Shown here in pieces: positions 27,380 to 35,721 of a stretch of 43,055 nt of DNA (position 1 is its first letter; the number at the start of each line of letters is the position of its first letter). The DNA lies in UHGV virus genome UHGV-0058404; one strand, written 5' to 3'. The DNA is from a virus. Below the pieces are notes generated by a model. That model worked only from the letters and a program-made list of their open reading frames with translations, made no database searches and was not told the DNA's origin. Made by a program: the position numbers and the translations under genes.

Positions 27380-28933
27380 TCATTTTTCATTTTTACCTCC
27401 AACTACGGGAACATTAGGAGTAGGTTTAGGCTCATTATTAATACCGCCGTTGTTTTCTTTTGCGACTTCGGTATTCTCGTTTTTATTGCCATTTAAGGCA
27501 TGTGATAATTCGATTTGTTCTTCAACATAAAGTTTATCTCCAAACTTCTTAATGAAGTCATCGGAGTAGTTAGAGAACATATCTCCTAAGTTTTGTGTAA
27601 TTTCACTTAATGCACTGACAAAAGTTTTCTTGTCCATTCCGTTGACCTTGTAAATATCAACTAAAGAACTTACAATCTTGTTAATAATATCTGCCATATC
27701 TTTATCACTAACTTCTCGAAGTTTAATAAATGAGATTTGGAATGTTGGTATATCTTCTCCAAATAATGAACGATAAATTATCTTGATTAACTTTTTGTAA
27801 ATCTTATCCATGAAAACATTTTGCACGGTCTTAATTTCAGCATAAGCGTTTTCCGTAGTTTGTTGGTCATTAATTCCATCATTAAATAGGTATGACATAG
27901 GAACACCCGAGCAAGTAGCAAGGTATCTTTCAGCGTTTTTAACTACCTCTCCAATTCCATTTAATGTAACGTTTTTGTAATCAAAACTATCATTTGCTCC
28001 TAAGAATAGCACGTTAGAATAATTTAACATACGTTTCATAAGTGCAAGTTTATTTTTCATAGCATCATATGCTCTTTGTGTTAATTGTGAAACATCGGTG
28101 TCAATTTCTTCCATTTTAACAACCCTTTGTGAACTAATCAAGGTCATATCGGAAGTTGCGTTGACAATTGTTTTATAAAGAACTAGAGGTCTATAAATAC
28201 GTTCAAGTAAACTAACTCCCCAATATTGTTCTATACGTTTTTCAATGTTAGGAAGAATACCTGTGTTGTAGAAAACAAGTCTACTTCTATGCACTGTATA
28301 TTCTCTAGTGTTTTGTCCTCCTATTCTAACCTTATAATATAGGGGTTCTCCAATTTCCATAGGGTCATCTATTCCTGTTTCTCCACCAATAGTATCAACA
28401 AGTTTAATAGTAGGAACACAACTGAACCAACGTTCAAGCGTTTTAAGACCTAGGAAATCTCCCTTTTTAATCGTTGAAAAATCTAAAGGTTCTTTTAGGT
28501 GTCGACCATTATCATCGGTTGTTTGTCCTTTAATGCAAATAAGACAAGCACTTCCACCAAAGCATTCTCCTTGATATATCATTTCATATAAAGGGTAGTA
28601 AAGTTTATCTAGTTCTATTTGTATTTGTTCTAGTTTTTCACTATCAATATTTTTGGAGTTAATATCAATACCTTTGAGTGGCATTGATGCCTTGTAATTC
28701 AATATTCTTCTAAATATCGGTTCGGCTCTTTCAATATTCATAATGTTTGTAACGTTCCAAGTAATGTTTCTTTCAGTTCTAAACTCCTCACTATTCATAG
28801 GATCGGTATAGACATTTTGATTTAACAAGCCACTAAAGAACTCATCACCAATAACGCTTTGCAATAGGTTTTTAATCTCGGCTTGTTGTTCGGGAGTAGC
28901 CATTACTACTTTGTTTTTTGCCATTTGTTCCAA
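27380..28933 (-). CDS. Portal protein (DUF1073 family)
   Basis: FGGS, GEPLYY, VHRSRL, YWGVSLLE and GVPMSYLF motifs; follows the terminase. Confidence 0.85.
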   Translation of the reverse strand: MEQMAKNKVVMATPEQQAEIKNLLQSVIGDEFFSGLLNQNVYTDPMNSEEFRTERNITWNVTNIMNIERAEPIFRRILNYKASMPLKGIDINSKNIDSEKLEQIQIELDKLYYPLYEMIYQGECFGGSACLICIKGQTTDDNGRHLKEPLDFSTIKKGDFLGLKTLERWFSCVPTIKLVDTIGGETGIDDPMEIGEPLYYKVRIGGQNTREYTVHRSRLVFYNTGILPNIEKRIEQYWGVSLLERIYRPLVLYKTIVNATSDMTLISSQRVVKMEEIDTDVSQLTQRAYDAMKNKLALMKRMLNYSNVLFLGANDSFDYKNVTLNGIGEVVKNAERYLATCSGVPMSYLFNDGINDQQTTENAYAEIKTVQNVFMDKIYKKLIKIIYRSLFGEDIPTFQISFIKLREVSDKDMADIINKIVSSLVDIYKVNGMDKKTFVSALSEITQNLGDMFSNYSDDFIKKFGDKLYVEEQIELSHALNGNKNENTEVAKENNGGINNEPKPTPNVPVVGGKNEK

Positions 28934-30681
28934 TTACCTCCGTTCTTAACAACAGTATTTACAAGATAACGCACACAGTCAGGGAAGTGGTCGTGTTCTT
29001 TTAAAGGTATTTCTTCTCCAAGTGCAAGTTTCTTAGGGTCAAAACTATATGAATAACATTCGTTAAGACCTTTTATACAACTATTGTGTATCTTAATCAT
29101 ATTTTTATCAAAGCCATCACGGACAAGCCAAATACCAACAATAGACTTATCGGTTTTCTTGTCAGGTTTTTCTTTTTCTCTACGTTTTCCAACATCGTTT
29201 TTAGCTTTTTTAACGTTTATACCCCTAATTTTCAACTCATTAATTAAAGGTGTAGCACTAGGGTCAACGATAACCGCAATATACTTGTCATTAAAGTGCT
29301 TGTTTCTACTATTTATCATTTCCTCTATCTTATCAGCGTAAAAAGATGTAGTCGGTGGCACATAGTTTCCACCTTTTTCTTGTTGTTCTCTTCCATCAAA
29401 GCGGTATTCTTGCCAAATCTTGCATTCATAATCTTCCTCAACATCGCAGTCGATAACTACAAATGCATTCATCATACCAAAGTCAACAACTAAATAACGC
29501 AAAAAGTTGCTATTTTCAGGAATTGGACCTCTTAATATGTTCTTATCTGTAAGAGTAGGCCATATAGCATTATCACTACTTGCACGAATACCCCTAATTT
29601 CTCTCTTATAAACAATACCCGTTTTGTCATAACTATCTTCTATTTTTTCTCTATCAATATCAGTCATTGACAAGTTATCATCGTGTGTAAAGTGAAAATA
29701 GCGGAAGTTTAAACCATTCTTAACTCCGTTAGGGTTTTCAAAGTAAGGCTCAAAGACAATGTAGTCGTGCCTATACTTTTCGTTGTATGCTTTTTGCATA
29801 ATAAAGTCAACTTCTCTAAGTGAGATAAGGTATTTCCTATATATACTTTGATTTTCAGCAATTTGTCCTGGACTTGTAAGATTAAACTTTTTCATATAAA
29901 CTTGTAAAATCTTTTTTCTACCATCTTCAATTGATTTAGCAAGTTCTCCTTTGTGCTTTGTATACTCTGCACTTAATTGAATTCGTTTTTCATAGACATC
30001 TTTCGCAATATCATCGGTTGCAATTAAAGGTTTTTCATATTTTGAATAATACTCAAACTCTCCTGCTAAAGGGTTTTGCGTATGTATGATTTTTCTCCAC
30101 TTACTAGCGTTAGTTCTTGAGGCACCCTCTTTAATCGTATTGTAATGTTGGTTGATAGCCTCGTTTGCATAATGACTTCCGTAAGATATACCACGGAACT
30201 TTTCACTATCGTTGCTTTCTCCACCACTGAAAAAATGAATTTCTTTGATAACTCCGTAAAAGTCCATAAACATAAAGACAACACGGTCATCGATTTTACG
30301 CTTTTCTCCATGTGGAAGTAAGTATCTAAGACCAAAGCCATCAGCCTCAAGTATGGTGTTAATTGCGTGGTTTATAGTTTGTCCTGTTGCTAAATGTAAT
30401 CTATTAGGACATAACATAAGGTAGTTAGCCCATGCATAAAGGGCATAAACATCTTTACCACCACGCTTACCACCCTCAACTGTTATGTGTGCTATATCAC
30501 GGCTCATTACAGCCTTGAATAATTTATCAGCCTTAGGGTTTTGAAACTTCTTCTTAGGGTCGTTAATAGGTCTATCAAAGGTTCCAGGAGAATATGGAAT
30601 GTTATAACCAATACCATATGTGCATAGAGCCTTATATTGTTCTTGTTTATCGGGAGTAAAGTCGTATCTATTTACAGCCAT
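28906..30681 (-). CDS. terL: Terminase large subunit (PBSX-like) with internal insertion
   Basis: EGGKRGGKD Walker A, FRGISYG, YANEA, TQNP, FHFTHDDN, VDFG, VDPSA and HDHFPDCVRY. Confidence 0.9.
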   Translation of the reverse strand: MAVNRYDFTPDKQEQYKALCTYGIGYNIPYSPGTFDRPINDPKKKFQNPKADKLFKAVMSRDIAHITVEGGKRGGKDVYALYAWANYLMLCPNRLHLATGQTINHAINTILEADGFGLRYLLPHGEKRKIDDRVVFMFMDFYGVIKEIHFFSGGESNDSEKFRGISYGSHYANEAINQHYNTIKEGASRTNASKWRKIIHTQNPLAGEFEYYSKYEKPLIATDDIAKDVYEKRIQLSAEYTKHKGELAKSIEDGRKKILQVYMKKFNLTSPGQIAENQSIYRKYLISLREVDFIMQKAYNEKYRHDYIVFEPYFENPNGVKNGLNFRYFHFTHDDNLSMTDIDREKIEDSYDKTGIVYKREIRGIRASSDNAIWPTLTDKNILRGPIPENSNFLRYLVVDFGMMNAFVVIDCDVEEDYECKIWQEYRFDGREQQEKGGNYVPPTTSFYADKIEEMINSRNKHFNDKYIAVIVDPSATPLINELKIRGINVKKAKNDVGKRREKEKPDKKTDKSIVGIWLVRDGFDKNMIKIHNSCIKGLNECYSYSFDPKKLALGEEIPLKEHDHFPDCVRYLVNTVVKNGGNWNKWQKTK

Positions 30682-31478
30682 TAATTTTCATCTTCCTCTA
30701 GATCTTCTTCTAAGGAAGTCGCAGTATTTATACCACTAAGAATAACGTTAAGTGTAGCATTTTGGTCTTTCTTTTCAATACCGAACCATTCTCCAAGCAA
30801 TTTGTTGGCTTTTAAACGAACTTCATCGTTCTTGGTATTTCTAACGATATCGATAGTTGACTTGATAACCTCTTGTTTAATTCCTGCATCATCGCCACAA
30901 AACGTTTCAACAATTCTAGAAAATGCTTGAATAACTTTAGGACTTCTACGAATAGCAAGAGCTTTTTTCTTAAGTGAAATATAGGCACTAATGCTCTTGA
31001 ATTGGAAGTTGCCAACTCTATTGTTAAAATCTTTATATACCTTATCAAAGCCACCATCTTCATCAACTGAGTTATCAATTTTACTAGGGTCTAAATATTC
31101 TCCGTAAATACTAAGTTCATCTTCAGGAACGTAAACTAGAAGATAGCAAGCCATTTCATTAAGGTAAGGGGACATTCCTAGTCTTTTATCAAAATAGTCA
31201 ATTGAATTGTAAAGTATGATAAATGCTTCTTGTTGAGGACTTAGACCTTCAAATATCTCAGCATAGTCAACTGTCTTTGAATTATCTTGTTTCATTAAAA
31301 TCTTACCTCCTGGTTTAATTAAAAATCTTGGATCATATCTACCTATAAACTTATGACCTACAGCAATTCCACGTATTAACAAGTCATCTAAAGTTTTAAT
31401 TTTCGACCCCAATTTAAGGGTGTATTGACCCGTTTCCAATTGCTTTTTAGTTTTCTCATTAAGGTAAATCGGTATCAT
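30681..31478 (-). CDS. Putative terminase small subunit
   Basis: LSPQQEAF HTH-like motif and RLKANKLLG motif; directly upstream of terL; start moved to ATG 31478 after a GGGGAG RBS. Confidence 0.65.
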   Translation of the reverse strand: MIPIYLNEKTKKQLETGQYTLKLGSKIKTLDDLLIRGIAVGHKFIGRYDPRFLIKPGGKILMKQDNSKTVDYAEIFEGLSPQQEAFIILYNSIDYFDKRLGMSPYLNEMACYLLVYVPEDELSIYGEYLDPSKIDNSVDEDGGFDKVYKDFNNRVGNFQFKSISAYISLKKKALAIRRSPKVIQAFSRIVETFCGDDAGIKQEVIKSTIDIVRNTKNDEVRLKANKLLGEWFGIEKKDQNATLNVILSGINTATSLEEDLEEDEN

Positions 31479-31500
31479 AACTAACTCCCCCTTTGCCGTA

Positions 31501-31529
31501 AGTATAACACACAAAAATTTCCTTGTCAA
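31501..31529 (-). promoter_or_regulatory. Sigma70/SigA promoter for the packaging/structural operon
   Basis: Minus strand TTGACA-17 nt-TATACT with extended -10 TG. Confidence 0.8.
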
Positions 31530-31599
31530 TACTTTTGCGAAAAAAAGGTAAAAACCCTTTCAAAAAATATGGAAAGTTAGAATTTTGCTTTTTCTATAT

Positions 31600-32032
31600 C
31601 TCCTATCCCCATAGGAAAAAATCGGTTGGTAAGTGAACCTATGCAATTACTAATGGTAGGTATCTATTTGAACCTTGTTGAATACCGGACAAGGGTTGTC
31701 CTGATAAGGTGGCAAATCTTAGATCTAAGTGTCTAAATTGTAAGCAGTCTAACTCTTACTGAATATCTATGATTGTTTTTTTGTGTTGTAGTTTTCGTTT
31801 CTTTTTGAATGCCTAACCAACTATTCATTGCTTAACTACTTGCCACCTTTTATAAACCACTCGTTGTCGTTTCTAAGGTGTATATAGCAATGTGTTCCAA
31901 AATATCTATGTGTTTCACTACAATTCTTAAAAGCCCTAATGGTATCGGTTGGCAATAGACTGAACGTTGTTAATTTCTCGTTGTGGTCTTTTCATTGCTT
32001 TAAAGTCTTACACCTACCTCTCTTTCATATCA
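31600..32032 (-). ncRNA. Candidate large structured ncRNA with two homologous ~143-nt units
   Basis: No ORF in the track; nested and long-range helices whose G-U pairs work on the minus strand; repeated AGGTG/AAGCAATGAA/CATAGATATT/CACCTTA; promoter-like sequence upstream. Confidence 0.55.
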
Positions 32033-32036
32033 CTAC

Positions 32037-32065
32037 ATATATAAGCATAAATATCAATATTGTCG
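32037..32065 (-). promoter_or_regulatory. Possible promoter for the candidate ncRNA
   Basis: Minus strand TCGACA-17 nt-TATATA. Confidence 0.4.
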
Positions 32066-32146
32066 AATGGCGATAAGGTAAAAGGGCTTAATTTTAGGTT
32101 GTGGACCTAGATATGGTCTTTTTCCAAAACTCCTATCCCCCATTTC

Positions 32147-32163
32147 ATACCCCCGGGGGGTGT
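32147..32163. other. GC palindrome, candidate packaging (pac/cos) or terminus signal
   Basis: ATACCCCCGGGGGGTGT in the non-coding gap between the divergent arms, upstream of terS. Confidence 0.4.
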
Positions 32164-32187
32164 TGTTGCGTTCTATTTTCAATTATG

Positions 32188-32290
32188 AGCCGTAAAACGG
32201 GGGTATTTTTAAAAGATAGAGTAAAATATGTGTAATTGCTAAGGGTAGGGCAGTAAAAGTGTAGAAATGGGGCGATTTTGGGGTTATTTG
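32188..32290. repeat. Dispersed phased element, copy C
   Basis: GTAATTGCTAAGGGTAGGGCAGTAAA core with phased A/T tracts. Confidence 0.6.
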
Positions 32291-33084
32291 GTTTTTGGTG
32301 TTTGACAGTTGAGCAGTTGCACTTGATCGCGTTGGTTGGTTGAGTTGGTGGACCTATTGAACTGATACATGATGCTTACTATTTGCTTGTTGCCTTGCAT
32401 CTCTTAAATGTTGTTAACTCTTGATTTGCTTTTCTTTCTTTTCTTTGGTTCTTTCTTTTCTTTCTTTTCGTGAACTGCAAAAAATCGGCAAACATTGAAC
32501 GGATCGGCCTTTTCTTTCTTTATTTAATTTCTTTCTTTTAGTAAAACAATAATTGTTAACTTTTAAATTGTTGTATAACTAAATTATTTTCTATCTTTCT
32601 TTTGGAACTTTTCTTTCTGTCTTTTAAAAATTCGGGGCAGTCGACAAACTGCAACTTTTTTTGATGGTGTTATTTCTTTTTCTTTTTTGGTTCTTTTTTC
32701 TTTTTCTTTGTTGAAAGCCAAAACCGACATAGCGGAACGTTTAACATACATAGCAAGCAACCGACAGCAACTTGTTTAAATCTCAAAGCCTGTTAGCATT
32801 TCATACCACACACCCCACCAACAACAACACCGTTAAAGCCTTGCATTTTCAAACAATTATTTCCTACTTTTGTTAAACATTTTTTTGCGTAAATCTTTTT
32901 CAAAACTCAACGCGTTTGATAACTTGTTTTTGTTTCTCGAACAGTTCAAAAAATCGGTTAAACTCTCGGTCCTCTTTCCTTAAGTTATATATACTATATG
33001 CGTTATATCATTTTGGATATACCACTATATCAGTTTTTGTATAACACTTTTTTAAAATTTTTTAAACTTTTTTAATCAAAACTA

Positions 33085-33113
33085 TTGACAAACGACAATA
33101 AATAGTGTATAAT
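33085..33113 (+). promoter_or_regulatory. Consensus early promoter with upstream A/T tracts
   Basis: TTGACA-17 nt-TATAAT. Confidence 0.9.
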
Positions 33114-33164
33114 ATTATTGTAATTAAGAGTTGCAAGAAAAAGCAACGGAAAGGAAACAAAAAT

Positions 33165-33341
33165 ATGAATAAAATTAATGACAAAAAACCAACTTATCGC
33201 GAAATGTATTTCGTATTTGATCCAATTTGGAAACGATTTGACTATGTTTCTAAAAGCAGACATCAAGCACTAGATAGCATGTATGCGCTTAACATTTTTA
33301 ATCAAAATAGTGCAGATTATCAAATAATGATTAATGCATAG
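33165..33341 (+). CDS. First early gene, hypothetical
   Basis: AAAGGA RBS before ATG 33165, downstream of the promoter. Confidence 0.55.
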   Translation: MNKINDKKPTYREMYFVFDPIWKRFDYVSKSRHQALDSMYALNIFNQNSADYQIMINA

Positions 33342-33390
33342 TATCTAATTACATTAGGTATCTAATCTGATTAGGTATCTAACGTCATTG
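33338..33390. repeat. Three 17-bp-period repeats (operator-like)
   Basis: GTATCTAA at 33341, 33358 and 33375; TTAG-GTAT-CTAA quasi-palindromes. Confidence 0.75.
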
Positions 33391-33455
33391 AGTATAATAA
33401 TATACTACTTAAACAAATTGCTTGCCCCCAGGCATTAGGGGAGAAAGAAAAAACA

Positions 33456-33716
33456 ATGGAAAAACAAAACCATGTAAACAATTTAGATGAGGCTATGAAA
33501 TGGCTAAACGCGTATGACTATCGCGTATGGGATGAGATCAGCAAAAGAACAGAGCGCACGGCTTACCGCCATGATGTCAAGTATTTTGATTTAGCAGAAG
33601 AATACGATTATATAATAATTGCTAGCGATAATGTGCTAGAGCTTGCAACTAACAGCGATGCTGATGTCATTCAATTTGTTAATGAAATGATTGATTGTTT
33701 CAACGAAATGAAATAA
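33456..33716 (+). CDS. Early hypothetical acidic protein
   Basis: 86-aa ORF with GGGGAG upstream. Confidence 0.6.
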   Translation: MEKQNHVNNLDEAMKWLNAYDYRVWDEISKRTERTAYRHDVKYFDLAEEYDYIIIASDNVLELATNSDADVIQFVNEMIDCFNEMK

Positions 33717-33721
33717 AATAA

Positions 33722-33777
33722 ATCCCCTGATGAGTATTTGAAAATTAATACGAAACCCCACGCGATGGGGTCGGGAT
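33722..33777 (+). ncRNA. Type I hammerhead ribozyme
   Basis: Stem I ATCCC/GGGAT, CTGATGA core, stem II GTATT/AATAC, GAAA, stem III ACCCCA/TGGGGT, GTC cleavage triplet. Confidence 0.93.
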
Positions 33778-33815
33778 GAAAATCTCAAAAAAATTAATAA
33801 AGGTAGGTATGAAAA

Positions 33816-34181
33816 ATGTTAAGAACAAACAACAAAAAAGTTAGAGAAAGTATCAAAAAGTGGATCGTAGACAACTACGACGGCGACAGTTACGGTCTAG
33901 AAACTAAAGATTTTAAAGAAATTTGCGAAAATATCAAAAGCATATTTGAAAAAGAAAAAAGCTCACGCCGTGCGTGTTGGTGCCTTGAAGATTTTAAGGA
34001 ATGGGGCGCGGGCCTTCCTTCAATACTAAATACATGGCCTTTGCTATGCGACGGTGTCGACATTTTAGGCGATATTTTAGAAGAAACAGAAGAAGAGCGA
34101 AGCAAATACGACGATTCCCAAGCCTGGGACCTTATGGCATATCTAATTTTTAGAGAAATTGATAAGGCCGCTCGAGCATAA
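33816..34181 (+). CDS. Early hypothetical protein
   Basis: 121-aa ORF, AGGTAGGT RBS. Confidence 0.7.
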   Translation: MLRTNNKKVRESIKKWIVDNYDGDSYGLETKDFKEICENIKSIFEKEKSSRRACWCLEDFKEWGAGLPSILNTWPLLCDGVDILGDILEETEEERSKYDDSQAWDLMAYLIFREIDKAARA

Positions 34182-34250
34182 AAAATCTTAAATTGGGGGT
34201 AAAATCGAAAGTTTGCCCCCACCCCCTTAGTAATTTATCAGCAAAAATGC
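34181..34250 (-). repeat. Dispersed phased element, copy D
   Basis: Minus strand AAATTACTAAGGGGGTGGGGGCAAAC...CGATTTT resembles copies A and C. Confidence 0.55.
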
Positions 34251-34491
34251 CAAACTGCGGAAATATGCCGTTTTTTTGGCTCATATTTGGAATTACAGAG
34301 GGAAACGCTGAGAGATTTTCTCATTTTAGAGAGATTTTTTCGGCGCGCCTCCAGGAAAGAGGAGGAGAAAAAGAGAGAGAAGAGGAGAGAACTCCCACCA
34401 TGATAGAGAGAAAAAACAAGAGGGAAAACCTCCCCCAATAAGAGAGGTAGAAACAGTCTATGGACTTAAAGAGAGAAAAGGAGAGGAAACG

Positions 34492-34863
34492 ATGAGAAAG
34501 AACGGCGAATTTTACAACGCAGGAGAAAATGCATTCCATAGATGGGGTAAAAAAGCAAGGGAAAAACTAGAAAACTATTTAAAGCCAAACGACAAAGGCT
34601 ATTACGTTTTGCCTGTAGATGGAGGCAAGTATTGGACCATTGGAACAAGCACGGGACAATATGGAGAGTTTGCAAAATACAAAGAAACTTATTTTAGTGT
34701 TAATAGTTGGGGTTTTATTTACGCAAAAGAGGGAACAGAGAAAGCAGAGGTTTTACTAACTATGATTAAATCGTTGATAGAACAAATGAAAAAATATCAA
34801 GAAGACTTAGAAGAAGAACACGAGAGATCGAGAAGTGAAGAGGAGGAAGAAGAAACATGTTAG
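34492..34863 (+). CDS. Early hypothetical protein with acidic tail
   Basis: 123-aa ORF, AAGGAGAGG RBS. Confidence 0.7.
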   Translation: MRKNGEFYNAGENAFHRWGKKAREKLENYLKPNDKGYYVLPVDGGKYWTIGTSTGQYGEFAKYKETYFSVNSWGFIYAKEGTEKAEVLLTMIKSLIEQMKKYQEDLEEEHERSRSEEEEEETC

Positions 34864-35159
34864 AATACCAATACAAACCACTTGCAAAAGACATTGCATA
34901 TAGAATACTTCGCGTAAGTTTGCAAAAAAGCAAAGACAATGAATATATATTTACAATGGCCGATTATAATAAATATAAAATAATACCTGTAGATTTAGAC
35001 AAACGTATGCTAGAGGCAATACTTGAAGAGATTTCTACAACTTATAGAAATGAAGTTGTTTGTCTTTTTTACGATATTGAAAATGTTAATAATTTTTGGG
35101 TTCATATTACTTTCAGTGAAAATTGCACTGCTGAAGATTTAAGAAATGCACGTTATTAA
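34857..35159 (+). CDS. Hypothetical protein
   Basis: 100-aa ORF overlapping the upstream stop. Confidence 0.6.
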   Translation: MLEYQYKPLAKDIAYRILRVSLQKSKDNEYIFTMADYNKYKIIPVDLDKRMLEAILEEISTTYRNEVVCLFYDIENVNNFWVHITFSENCTAEDLRNARY

Positions 35160-35174
35160 GGAGGAAAAAAGTCG

Positions 35175-35492
35175 ATGAGTAAAAGAATTGAAAAGGGCAG
35201 TTTTTATGAAGAAGTTTTAGTGTGTGGATTAATGGTAAAAATTACTAAAGAATTATTTAAAACCGATAAAGAATATGTTATAAATGAGAAAGACTTAAAC
35301 GCAGTGTTTCCAAATGTTGCTGAAGAAGACAAAGAAAGAATAATAAGAATTGTTGCAAAGAAAATACGAGCAGGATTTGATCCTATTAATGTAACTTTCC
35401 TTGTCTCAACCAAGGCAAAAACAAATAAAGATGGAACATTTAGTAGAAAAACATGTAAACTAACTATATGGACCAAAGAAACAAAGGAGTAA
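35175..35492 (+). CDS. Hypothetical basic protein
   Basis: AAGGAGG RBS. Confidence 0.65.
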   Translation: MSKRIEKGSFYEEVLVCGLMVKITKELFKTDKEYVINEKDLNAVFPNVAEEDKERIIRIVAKKIRAGFDPINVTFLVSTKAKTNKDGTFSRKTCKLTIWTKETKE

Positions 35493-35497
35493 ACAAC

Positions 35498-35653
35498 ATG
35501 ATAAACAATATTAGAGAACTTCAAGAAAAATTAGGTAGAAAAGTTGATATCGCATTTTGGAATATCGACAGCAAACATGTTAAAGTAAACAATGTAGCAA
35601 TAACGCTACCTATCAATGAATGGGACTTATTTAGACAAGTTCTATCAAAATAA
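35498..35653 (+). CDS. Small hypothetical protein
   Basis: AAGGAG RBS before ATG 35498. Confidence 0.55.
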   Translation: MINNIRELQEKLGRKVDIAFWNIDSKHVKVNNVAITLPINEWDLFRQVLSK

Positions 35654-35721
35654 ATTAGGTTCAAGCCTGGAATGGTGGGGCATTTCGGGTAAGAATAAAT
35701 AACGCAAATAGGGGGGGACAA

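Noticed and set aside
27380..28933. Anti-CBASS Acb1 label sometimes attached to DUF1073 proteins
   Set aside because: Size, motifs and position after terL indicate a portal; I see no separate 2H-phosphoesterase domain
31600..32032. tmRNA, RNase P RNA or group I intron identity for the candidate RNA
   Set aside because: No tRNA-like ends or tag frame, no GAGGAAAGUCC motif, no recognisable P7 core and no interrupted gene
33338..33390. Mini CRISPR array
   Set aside because: The 17-bp period with 9-nt gaps is far too short, and there are no cas genes
33423..33441. H-type pseudoknot TGCC-CCCA-GGCA-TTA-GGGG before ORF 33456
   Set aside because: Only 3-4 bp per stem, and the G run is explained by the RBS
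34193..34441. ORF-track 82-aa ORF and the many short antisense or nested ORFs genome-wide
   Set aside because: Lack RBSs, lie opposite or inside well-supported genes, or simply translate low-complexity DNA
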